DNA of 64,000 bases from an uncultured delta proteobacterium. Lineage in GTDB: Bacteria > Desulfobacterota > Syntrophorhabdia > Syntrophorhabdales > WCHB1-27. The notes below the pieces were generated by a model. That model made no database searches. It was not told where the DNA came from and saw nothing but the letters and a program-made list of their open reading frames with translations. The first letter of the stretch is position 1. Every line of letters begins with the position of its first letter. The translations under genes and the position numbers were made by a program. Shown piece after piece: positions 55,513 through 64,000 of this stretch. The stretch covers positions 148,508-212,507 of the forward strand of contig CAVQYC010000005.1 in the NCBI GenBank assembly GCA_963717985.1, given 5' to 3'.

Positions 55513-58485
55513 CTATTGGAGGATTATTTCGAAATACTTTTCTCCGCCGCCGAAAAAGGCCTTTCTCTCGACCGTGACTTTAACTTTGTCCCCTTTCTTC
55601 CGGTACAAGAGGTCTATCTTCAGGTCATCGACCGTGTGCACCGGGGAGCCGTCGATGGCAAGGAGTATGTCACCCTTTCTCATGCCCTCTTTTTGGGAAA
55701 CACTGTTCCGGGGAAAACCCGTGATCTCTACTCTCCCGCCATCGTCCGCGAGAAGCACCATCAGTCTGGGGGAAACTTCCTCGGGAAAAGTGTCCGGGTA
55801 GAGCACGAAGTCTGCAATGCCCGGTCCGGGATCCATGTCGTTGAGAACGATGGCATAGTCGCCCCCGGTTCTTTCGGCTGCTCTCTTCGGAATGCCGGAG
55901 CCGTACTGGAGATGGCCGCTCCCGGCGAGAACAACCATTTGATGATCGGGATGCTTCTCCAGGAACCCGGCGATCGAGTCGGCCATGGTCTCATCCCAGA
56001 GGATCTGCGCCTGGTTGAAGAAGTCGAAGTCTCTCTTCCCGGCGGATTCGTGCTCCTGGAACGCCGCCCTCAGCCTTTCCCGGTAGGCATTGTCAGAGAA
56101 GTCCATCTGTGAGGGCACCAGCTTCTTTTCCTCCCCCGACAGGGAATCAAGGCCGGAGTGGAAAACTTTGTTGACGAGCTCCTTCTTCTGGTTCAGGGCG
56201 ATTACGGGGATCCCCTCCGACCTCGCGAAGAGTAGGATGGGCCGGTAGAGCGCGTAATCGAATCCCCACCTTTTGAAGTATTCCGTGCCTCTCAATAACG
56301 CCTTCTCGTCTATACCGGCCTCAATGTACGCATTCAGCACATGCTGGAACGTCCGCTCGAACATCTCCATGCCGATCGCTATCTTTTTTCCCCGACCGTG
56401 GAGGTCCTTGATGATTTCCAACTCGGTCACGTGGTGGGAGAACCGGTCATGGGCCTCGCCCACGTAAATGATCTTTTTGTCCGCTACGCGCTGTATCACG
56501 TCCGGCAGGGTCTTGAGCGCCGCAATATTGACGGCTACGGTCTCCTTCAGCAGGGGCTGGTCTATTCCCCGCGAACTTTCATCGGTCTTTTTCACCCTCA
56601 CTGTGCCGTGATCGAAGGAGAGGTAGCTGTAATTCCCGTAGTGGAGGACTTTCGGAAATGCCTCTCCTGTCTCGTCCGCCGAGCGGCTGTCGATGACGGC
56701 CGCAACCTTGCGGGGATTCCAGGGATTGTTTCGCACCTCCACGGAGAACCCGCCGACACCTGTAACTTTCCCGAAAACCTTACCCGTGATGGGGTTGTCT
56801 GCTCCGAGGACAACGAAGGAGCGGTCCCTGAGTTCATCCAGGGTCGAGCCGGGCCCGAGCGTGACCACCTTGTCGCCTGCGCCCTTGAACGCAGCCAGGA
56901 CCTCCCTGTAAACCTCTCCGTGCGCGTCAGGGAGGACAACGGTCAGGTTTTTGTCGCCAAGGAGCCTGGCGATCACGGGAGGGAACTCCGCAGGCGATAG
57001 CATCCGCGCCACCTCGTAATCCTCGTCCACGACGAGCCTTTCGGGTGCTCCGTCCACAACCGTCTCGAAACGCCCCTTCTCCCCGGACAAGTGGAAAACG
57101 CGCCTTGTCTTGCCTTCTCTTGAATAGACCGTCACGGGAATATCGAGGACGAGAGGCTCCCTCCCCTGGGACACCTCAAAAGAGACGAGGAACTTGCTCC
57201 CCGAGACCTTGACCTCTGCCTTTCCGAGGCGGAGGTCCGCAAGGCCAATCCGTCCGGTCCACTGCGTGAAAAACCAGCCCAGGTCTCCCTGATAGCCCCT
57301 TTCAAATGCCTTTTCGATGTCCGACCAGGAGGCCCGCTTGAAACGCATCTCCTCGACAAAATACTTCACCGACCGGGAAAACCGCTCTCTGCCGACCAGG
57401 TCGCGAAGCATCTGAAATACCATGACGGCCTTTCCGTAGCCGATCGCCTGGGAGGCATTATCTGTCCTCTCCGTAAACGCTTTCAAAGGGAATTCATTCC
57501 CGTCATTCACATAGCTCATGTAGTTGCTGAGGGCGCCCTTCCTGTAGTGCCAGCCCCGGCCCTTTTCTTCTTCATAGAGATGGTCGGCGAGGAAAGTGGT
57601 CAGCCCTTCCGCCCAGTTCCCTTCCTGGTAATCGATATAGACGAGATTTCCGAGCCACTGGTGCAGTATCTCGTGACCGAGGGACGTTTCCGGAATGAAG
57701 GGGAGTCTCACCACCTGTTGACCGAGCACCGTGTAGGTGGGCATGGAGTACCCCGTGGGCAGAAAATTCTCGACGATGGAGAATCTCTTGTAGGGAAAGG
57801 GACCGATGAGGTCCCCGTAGAGCGCCAGGTAGTGCTTTGCGTGCTCAAGGTACGTCTTCGCTAGATCCCGGTCTTCGGCAAAGAAATAGCCGAAGACTTC
57901 CACCCCCTGGAAGCTCTCCCTGGCGACCCTGTATCGATCCGTTGCCATGAGGTTGATGCCCGTGACCGGATGGGGAAAGGCACAGGCGAAGCGCGCGTTG
58001 CCGTCTTTCACGGTCTTCTCAATTGTCTCCGCCTCGGAAACCGCCTCAAAGCCCGCGGGAAGGGTGATCGTGAGCCCGTAAACACACATTTCATCCGGCT
58101 TCGGATACCACGGGCCGGTCAGGAAGATCCCCCTCCCGTCGATGACGTTGTCGGGCTGCCCGTCGCGGTCCATCCGGAAAACGCTTTCATAGCGGATTTC
58201 GAGCGTCCCCTCGCGGGCGGGGCTGATGCTTATCGATTCGCCTTCCCCGGAGTAGGGTACGTCCGCTCCGTCAAGGCTCACATGGATCAATCTGAGCTTC
58301 CCCTTGTAGAGCTTCAGATGTTCCCCCCTTGCCACGGCTATCTTCGCGACGCCCTTGATGAGAGAGGCCGGGATGTCGAAGGAAACATCGAGGGTATAAG
58401 GGCGCGCACGTTCTGCGGAATACGCGGAGAACGGGCCCGCAACAGAGCATGCCAGCAGGAGAACCGGGAGGAGGAGTGTTTTCAT
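55513..58485 (-). CDS. Exported fusion: M1-type metallopeptidase + ChaN-like domain + PDZ
   Basis: HEILHQW..WAEGL zinc motif; IYVGEAHD..HH, GMEMF, WDETMA and AGSGH ChaN-like motifs; C-terminal GDILLAIDG PDZ. Confidence 0.8.
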   Translation of the reverse strand: MKTLLLPVLLLACSVAGPFSAYSAERARPYTLDVSFDIPASLIKGVAKIAVARGEHLKLYKGKLRLIHVSLDGADVPYSGEGESISISPAREGTLEIRYESVFRMDRDGQPDNVIDGRGIFLTGPWYPKPDEMCVYGLTITLPAGFEAVSEAETIEKTVKDGNARFACAFPHPVTGINLMATDRYRVARESFQGVEVFGYFFAEDRDLAKTYLEHAKHYLALYGDLIGPFPYKRFSIVENFLPTGYSMPTYTVLGQQVVRLPFIPETSLGHEILHQWLGNLVYIDYQEGNWAEGLTTFLADHLYEEEKGRGWHYRKGALSNYMSYVNDGNEFPLKAFTERTDNASQAIGYGKAVMVFQMLRDLVGRERFSRSVKYFVEEMRFKRASWSDIEKAFERGYQGDLGWFFTQWTGRIGLADLRLGKAEVKVSGSKFLVSFEVSQGREPLVLDIPVTVYSREGKTRRVFHLSGEKGRFETVVDGAPERLVVDEDYEVARMLSPAEFPPVIARLLGDKNLTVVLPDAHGEVYREVLAAFKGAGDKVVTLGPGSTLDELRDRSFVVLGADNPITGKVFGKVTGVGGFSVEVRNNPWNPRKVAAVIDSRSADETGEAFPKVLHYGNYSYLSFDHGTVRVKKTDESSRGIDQPLLKETVAVNIAALKTLPDVIQRVADKKIIYVGEAHDRFSHHVTELEIIKDLHGRGKKIAIGMEMFERTFQHVLNAYIEAGIDEKALLRGTEYFKRWGFDYALYRPILLFARSEGIPVIALNQKKELVNKVFHSGLDSLSGEEKKLVPSQMDFSDNAYRERLRAAFQEHESAGKRDFDFFNQAQILWDETMADSIAGFLEKHPDHQMVVLAGSGHLQYGSGIPKRAAERTGGDYAIVLNDMDPGPGIADFVLYPDTFPEEVSPRLMVLLADDGGRVEITGFPRNSVSQKEGMRKGDILLAIDGSPVHTVDDLKIDLLYRKKGDKVKVTVERKAFFGGGEKYFEIILQ

Positions 58486-58539
58486 GGGTTCTCTCAAAGT
58501 ATAATCAGCGGATCGAGAATAGCCAGGGAAAACAGGGGG

Positions 58540-59172
58540 TCACTCCTCTTCGGCCGTTGTTTCCGGATGATCCGGCCGGCCGGTGATCATCTCCAACACG
58601 TGAGAGAAGGGGTTCCTGCCCATGGTCGACATGTAGACATGGACGATGAAGTAGTTGGCGAAGATATAGGCGGTCGCCAGGTGGATGGCGTCGAGGACGC
58701 GAAGGCCCCCAAGGAGCAATATGGTGTTGCGGAAAAGCAGGATATCGCTGTAAAAGATGCCGGTGATCACGATAACGGGCGTAAAGAGGAGCATGGTCGA
58801 GACATAGGCGATCTTCTGCAGGGGGTTGAACTTTTCCTTTGCCGTCGCGGGAAAGGGGCTCGCGGCTCCCGTAAAGACGTCGAAGGCATAGTATCGGGCC
58901 TGGAGGAAAAGGCCTTTCAGGTCCCGCGAGCGGATGGGGTAGTATTTCCTGAGGCTGCCTGTGGCGATACCGTACAGGAGCCAGAACATGAAACTGCCGG
59001 CCATGGCGTAGCCGGCCCGCCTGTGGAGAATAACCGCGCTCCTGTAGTCCGGCATAAGATGGAGGTCGGGAATCATGAGACGCACGCCCGTGATGATAAG
59101 CAGAAGGATGATCGCCGTGTTGACCCAGTGCCAGATCCTGAGCGGAAGGGGATGGAGCTCCTGCCGTCTCAT
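58540..59172 (-). CDS. Di-heme cytochrome b membrane subunit
   Basis: RIWHWVN, LHRRAG, KFNPLQKIAY and IHL..HVYM His ligands. Confidence 0.9.
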   Translation of the reverse strand: MRRQELHPLPLRIWHWVNTAIILLLIITGVRLMIPDLHLMPDYRSAVILHRRAGYAMAGSFMFWLLYGIATGSLRKYYPIRSRDLKGLFLQARYYAFDVFTGAASPFPATAKEKFNPLQKIAYVSTMLLFTPVIVITGIFYSDILLFRNTILLLGGLRVLDAIHLATAYIFANYFIVHVYMSTMGRNPFSHVLEMITGRPDHPETTAEEE

Positions 59173-60851
59173 TTGCGCACCGTAAGGCGCAGCACGACGT
59201 GCGCGGCCACCCCGACGAGAACGACTATGATTGTCATGAAGCCGAAGAAATCGATCAACTTAAGTCCCAGTTCCCAGCGTCCTCTCAAATGGAGGAATTT
59301 ATATACATCGTCTTTTTTCATCTTTTCCTCGCCGACAAGGAAGAAATCGACCGACGTTCCTATGGGATATTTGGCAAGGAGGGTGCCTTTCACCGGGATG
59401 TAGGTGCTCGAATCCCGCCCGGGTAGAAGGAGGAGCATGGAATCGTAAAAATGGGCCTCCCGGGAATGGCACGTCACGCACTGTCTTTCCCTGAGATGGG
59501 TCTCCGAGTAATCGTGGTATGCCTTCGTCACTATGATGGACGCATCGATCGTTACATTTTTGTCCCGCTGCGCGAGAAGGGTAAAAAGCCGGGCGATTTG
59601 CGTATCGGGCGAACCCTGTCGCTCCCCGAACGCTCGTGTCGGATCCTGGCCGGTGAGCGCGACCAGTTCATTGTAAGAAAGCTTGGCCTTTCCGGCGGGA
59701 GACTTCCGGACGAAGTAAAAGACCAGGCTTTTTTTTGATTGGGGGCTGTGGCACGTGGCGCACTCGAGGTAATCGAAGTGAAGGGATGTGTTGGGCAACC
59801 ACGCGTGTCTCCTCACATAATCTTTATGACACCGCGAACAGACGGCCATTCGTGCCTTGGCCCCGAGCTCTTTGTACGACGTGATCCGGTGAGGGTTATG
59901 GCAGTCCACGCAGTGCGTCGCTCCAACCCTCACGTGAACCGACCTGCTGTACACGTCCTGCTGTGCCTCATGGCATTTCCTGCACACATGGACGTTCTCC
60001 GACCCGCCTTCAGCTATCCTTCTCTGCGACAGGTGGCAGTCCGCGCACACTACCCCGGCACGTCCGTGTACCGTCCTCCCGAACTCTTTTGCGGAGGGGA
60101 GCTCCGGAATGAATATGCGGGTGTCTAGAGGTATTTCCAGGTTTTTACGGCCGGTAACCTGAAGCCTTCCTGTGGCAAAATGGCCGGTCGATCCGTGGCA
60201 TGCGTCGCATGCAGCCGGTTTCGCCGTAACCGTATGGGAATCACCCCTGGCTTGATACGTTTTCTCCATGATATATCTGCCCTTGTACCCGGTGTGAAGC
60301 AAGTCCTCGAGGGCGTGCCATTCGGCCTGATCGATGAGGCCGTTGCCGTCCCTGTCAATCGCGGACGCCCTAAGCTCCTTTCCGCCTTTGATCTCCACAT
60401 GCACCTTCACTTCGGTTCTGTCCACCTTTCCGTGACAGGCAATGCACATAAGCTGCTCCAGGTGCTTCTTACTCGATGGAAGGGTCCCATGGGAAGCGTT
60501 TGCATGGCATGAGGCGCAATATTTCTTATCCTTCTGCGGAAAATGCGCGTTATGACAGGATGCGCATGCTAAGCCCCTCTCTGCGTGAAGACTCCGGCTA
60601 AAGGAGTTCGCGGTTTTTTCGTGGCAGACGACGCACGCAGGCTGCGGCAGCTTGTCCGCGTGGGGTAGGGACGTTATGGCAGAATGGCAGTCGACGCACG
60701 CCACGCCGCCATGAGAATACTTCTGGTAGGCGTCATGGCACTCCAGGCAGTCCTCGGTCTTGGGGGCAGCCCCGGCCCCGGCGCAAAAGAGCACCAGGAG
60801 CGCCGCCGTGAAGAGAAGGACGCTCCCCTTCCCGTGCCATATATCTCTCAT
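59169..60851 (-). CDS. 13-heme cytochrome c with C-terminal membrane anchor and EF-hand-like loop
   Basis: 13 CxxCH counted; DRDGNGLIDQAE; C-terminal TM with His; overlaps the cytochrome b start. Confidence 0.88.
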   Translation of the reverse strand: MRDIWHGKGSVLLFTAALLVLFCAGAGAAPKTEDCLECHDAYQKYSHGGVACVDCHSAITSLPHADKLPQPACVVCHEKTANSFSRSLHAERGLACASCHNAHFPQKDKKYCASCHANASHGTLPSSKKHLEQLMCIACHGKVDRTEVKVHVEIKGGKELRASAIDRDGNGLIDQAEWHALEDLLHTGYKGRYIMEKTYQARGDSHTVTAKPAACDACHGSTGHFATGRLQVTGRKNLEIPLDTRIFIPELPSAKEFGRTVHGRAGVVCADCHLSQRRIAEGGSENVHVCRKCHEAQQDVYSRSVHVRVGATHCVDCHNPHRITSYKELGAKARMAVCSRCHKDYVRRHAWLPNTSLHFDYLECATCHSPQSKKSLVFYFVRKSPAGKAKLSYNELVALTGQDPTRAFGERQGSPDTQIARLFTLLAQRDKNVTIDASIIVTKAYHDYSETHLRERQCVTCHSREAHFYDSMLLLLPGRDSSTYIPVKGTLLAKYPIGTSVDFFLVGEEKMKKDDVYKFLHLRGRWELGLKLIDFFGFMTIIVVLVGVAAHVVLRLTVRK

Positions 60852-61332
60852 GAGAGAAATTAGATGCAATAACCGGTCCTCTTGTCAAGAGATGCATGGG
60901 TACCCGGCCGGCCCCGCGAAGGCAAGGTCCGCAGGCACGCAATGTCTCTGCGGGAAATGCAATTGTTCCCCGGCGGCATACCGGTCTCATGAGGGTGGTC
61001 AGAGGTTGGGGCGGACGTTTCCATTGCGCATAACGCCCCAGTCCGTTGCGGAAAATCACCCTGGAAACCGAGGGCACATAGATCCTCACCGAGGCGGGAA
61101 GACCATTCCGCCGCCAAAAGCACTCCTATCCCCGGGACCCAGAAAGACGGGAGCAGGGGTATGTGACTTGCAGGAGATGCACGGTCCCATTCGGCTTCAA
61201 CTAAAAACTTGACAACCCCCTCCATTCAGGCTTGTAATAGAAAGCAGCCAGAAGATAGCGGGTAGATAAGGGTAAGTAAGGCGGCCCGGTATGAGCGGCC
61301 TACCCACAAAGAAAGGGTGCCATTCAGGATTC

Positions 61333-62571
61333 ATGGTAAAGACGCCAAGATCGTTGCTCTTTTCCCTTATTGCTCTTTTCCTCCTACCGCTGCCGGCTTT
61401 TTCCGCGGAAAAGGACGCCCGTTGCATCTCCTGCCACGAAGGGCAGGCCTTCAAAGGAACCGCAGGCCGGGATACGGTGCCTCAACGCCTCATGAAGACG
61501 GGCCTTCGGGACTCGGTTCACCGAGCTATCGCATGTATCGACTGCCATCGCGACGCAGCCCCTCTTCCCCATAGGAGGCCGCCGGCATTGGTCGACTGCA
61601 CCGGGTGTCACGAGGAAGCGGCCCGCCAGTTCGGAAGAAGTGTCCACGGCGCCGCCTTTCGCCGGGGCGACAAGGACGCTCCGTCCTGTGCGTCCTGTCA
61701 CGGAGAGCATCACATCCTGCCCGCCTCCGACCGGCGATCAACGGTTTTCAGCGGAAATCTGGTCATCCTTTGCGCGAGGTGCCATACGGATGCCGAGGTG
61801 CAGAAAACGCATCAGCTCCCTTCATCCGATGTGATAAAGGCCTATGAGAATAGTGTCCACGGGCGTCTCCTCAAAGAAGGGAGACAGGTGCAGGCTGCCG
61901 TCTGCATCGACTGCCATGGAAGCCATTTGATTCTCGGCCCGAAGGACCCTGAGTCGAAGACGAACAGGGGAAATATCCCCCGGGTGTGCGGCCGATGCCA
62001 TGTAGAGGTCTACAACGAATACAAGGTGAGCATCCATGGGCGGGCCTTGGAGGAAGGAAAAATGGAGAGTCCGACATGCACCGACTGCCACGGAGAGCAT
62101 ACCCTCACCAGGGTGAGTGATCCGAAGGCCGGGGTGTATGTCGCCAATGTGGCCGCCACGTGCGCCCGATGTCACGAAAACCAGACGATCATCGCGAAAT
62201 ACAGGCTGCCCTCCGATCGCTATTCGACCTACCTCGGAAGCTTTCATGGAATTGCCATGAAGTATGGGGACATTACGGCGGCGAATTGCACGAGCTGCCA
62301 CGAAGTACACCGAATACTACCCGCGGCGGAGGCTGAATCGAGCATAAACCCTCAGAATCTCGGCAGGACTTGCGGAAAATGCCATCCGGCAATGAAGGAC
62401 GCGGCCTCCTTAGGGAGGATTCACGTGGAAGCAAGAAAAGGGAGTTCTCTCGGCATGTATTTCGTGCGTAAGTTCTACGTGTGGTTCATAGGGATCCTTA
62501 TGGCCTTTTTCGTCGCATACATTGGCCTCGATGTATACGGCAGGATCAGGAGAAGAAAACATGGCCGATGA
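61333..62571 (+). CDS. 11-heme cytochrome c with C-terminal TM
   Basis: Signal peptide; 11 CxxCH with SVHG/SIHG/SFHG repeats; C-terminal TM. Confidence 0.88.
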   Translation: MVKTPRSLLFSLIALFLLPLPAFSAEKDARCISCHEGQAFKGTAGRDTVPQRLMKTGLRDSVHRAIACIDCHRDAAPLPHRRPPALVDCTGCHEEAARQFGRSVHGAAFRRGDKDAPSCASCHGEHHILPASDRRSTVFSGNLVILCARCHTDAEVQKTHQLPSSDVIKAYENSVHGRLLKEGRQVQAAVCIDCHGSHLILGPKDPESKTNRGNIPRVCGRCHVEVYNEYKVSIHGRALEEGKMESPTCTDCHGEHTLTRVSDPKAGVYVANVAATCARCHENQTIIAKYRLPSDRYSTYLGSFHGIAMKYGDITAANCTSCHEVHRILPAAEAESSINPQNLGRTCGKCHPAMKDAASLGRIHVEARKGSSLGMYFVRKFYVWFIGILMAFFVAYIGLDVYGRIRRRKHGR

Positions 62572-63247
62572 AACCGACTACGTACAGCGCTTTACCAGGG
62601 GAGAACGAGTCGTTCACGTACTGCTTTTTTGTTCTCTCATCATCCTCAGTATCACCGGCCTTGCCCTCAAGTATCACGAATCATGGCTCGCCCAATGGAT
62701 CATAAGGCTGGAGGGCGGAGTGCTCTTCAGGGGGAAAATCCACCGCCTCGCGGCAGTCTTCTTGATCGCCACATTTGCCTATCACCTGCTCTCGATCGTG
62801 TTCACGCGGCGAGGGCACGAGTTTTTCCAGCAGATGATATTCGGGAGGAAGGACCTCAGCGATTTCGTGGAGCTCATCAAGCACAACCTGGGCGTCAGGA
62901 AGGAGATGCCTCTTTTTGATAGGTTCACCTGCATAGAGAAGTTCCAGTATTGGGCCGCCGGCCTTGCCGTCATACTGCTCGGCCTCTCCGGTTTTATGCT
63001 CTGGTTCGAGACGCTCTTCATGATGGTTTTTCCGAAGTGGCTCATCGACCTTAACCATCTGGTTCACTCTTTCGAGGCCACCCTCGGTTTCCTCGTGCTT
63101 GTGGTCTGGCACCTCTACAACGTCCATCTGAACCCCCAGGTTTTCCCCATGAGCAGGACATGGCTCACCGGGAAGATATCGAAGGAAGAGATGCACAGAG
63201 ACCATCCCCTCGAATATGAAAGGCTCTACGGCAATGACAAGAGTTAG
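62561..63247 (+). CDS. FdnI-like cytochrome b subunit
   Basis: QRFTRGERVVH, IHRLAA, EKFQYWA, VHSFEA, WHLYNVH and HPLEYE motifs. Confidence 0.9.
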   Translation: MADETDYVQRFTRGERVVHVLLFCSLIILSITGLALKYHESWLAQWIIRLEGGVLFRGKIHRLAAVFLIATFAYHLLSIVFTRRGHEFFQQMIFGRKDLSDFVELIKHNLGVRKEMPLFDRFTCIEKFQYWAAGLAVILLGLSGFMLWFETLFMMVFPKWLIDLNHLVHSFEATLGFLVLVVWHLYNVHLNPQVFPMSRTWLTGKISKEEMHRDHPLEYERLYGNDKS

Positions 63248-64000
63248 ATTGCTTCTTCCCCTCTGCCTCTTTCTGCTCGTCCCGATGGTTGCGGGCGCGC
63301 AGGAACAGAGGTGCCTGATCTGCCACGGAAAAAGAGATTTGAGAGGCACGGACGCCTCCGGGGGAGCGCGATCGGTCTACGTGAGCGAAGAGGCCCTGAG
63401 GGGGTCGGCCCACGGAAAGCTTTCGTGCGTGGATTGTCATCTCGACGTTACGGAACTCCCGCACGGGAAGAGGCTGAAAAAGGTAAACTGCGTGGTGTGC
63501 CACAGCAAAGGGACGACCTTCGACAAGGGGCCTGCCATTGAATATCTCGTCTATCGCGACAGCGTGCATGGGCGGGAGATGCAGAAAGGCAATCCTAAGG
63601 CGCCTGACTGCGCCACCTGCCATGGCAGCCACGATGTGTTGAGCCACATCGACATAAGATCGCGGGGATACCGGCTCAATATCCCTGACAAGATGTGCGG
63701 CAGGTGTCATGGACAAGCGCTCGCAGCGTACAGGAAGAGCGTCCACGGGCGGTTCAGCGGCAAGGGGGACATCAACCCCCCCATCTGTACGGATTGCCAC
63801 ACGGAACACGGTATCAGAAGGACGGTCGATCCCTTCTCCACGGTGTACGCCACCAATGTCGTCGCCATGTGCGTCAAATGTCATGGTGATTTCAGCGTCA
63901 TGAAACGGTACGGCAAGAAGACGGAAGAGGTGGAGACCTACTATGAAAGCTTCCATGGCGTGGCGACCAAATTCGGAGAGAAGAATATTGCCCACTGCGT
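63234..64000 (+). CDS. Multiheme cytochrome c, paralog of the 11-heme protein (3' end outside window; absent from ORF track)
   Basis: Manual translation MTRVRLLLPLCLFLLVPMVAGAQEQRCLICH...; 7 complete CxxCH before the window ends; open to the edge. Confidence 0.85.
   Translation, partial: MTRVRLLLPLCLFLLVPMVAGAQEQRCLICHGKRDLRGTDASGGARSVYVSEEALRGSAHGKLSCVDCHLDVTELPHGKRLKKVNCVVCHSKGTTFDKGPAIEYLVYRDSVHGREMQKGNPKAPDCATCHGSHDVLSHIDIRSRGYRLNIPDKMCGRCHGQALAAYRKSVHGRFSGKGDINPPICTDCHTEHGIRRTVDPFSTVYATNVVAMCVKCHGDFSVMKRYGKKTEEVETYYESFHGVATKFGEKNIAHC

Noticed and set aside
60870-61300. Second riboswitch or small gene in the divergent intergenic region
   Set aside because: No GEMM core, convincing ORF or clear conserved structure could be recognised by eye
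26195-64000. Intact integrative element or prophage
   Set aside because: No integrase, transposase, phage or conjugation genes and no attachment-site repeat seen

Overview
GC-rich chromosomal window from an anaerobic bacterium, probably Desulfobacterota/deltaproteobacterial (inferred from gene content only). 1-10 kb: acetophenone-carboxylase-like (Apc/hydantoinase family) operon with CoA ligase, TetR, DUF35 protein and thiolase. 10-12.5 kb: Tat-exported flavocytochrome flavin subunit plus a heptaheme cytochrome, resembling the methacrylate reductase pair. 12.5-28 kb: aeRF1-like release factor, housekeeping genes (rlmE, zur-znuACB with a perfect palindromic operator, rsmI, pgsA, HDOD, GGDEF), tRNA-Gln and a Phd/RelE toxin-antitoxin pair. 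28-64 kb: a large extracellular electron transfer region with at least 94 counted CxxCH motifs. It holds two OmcS-like hexaheme nanowire cytochrome paralogs (one behind a c-di-GMP-I/GEMM riboswitch, the other apparently without it) and an omcS-companion-type cluster (beta-propellers, outer-membrane barrel, two lipoproteins, PPIase, 26- and 16-heme cytochromes). It also holds a sigma54 circuit with a heme-motif sensor kinase, three different quinol:cytochrome c modules, heme biosynthesis genes and a peptidase-ChaN-PDZ fusion. All family assignments come from motif recognition by eye; no database searches were run.
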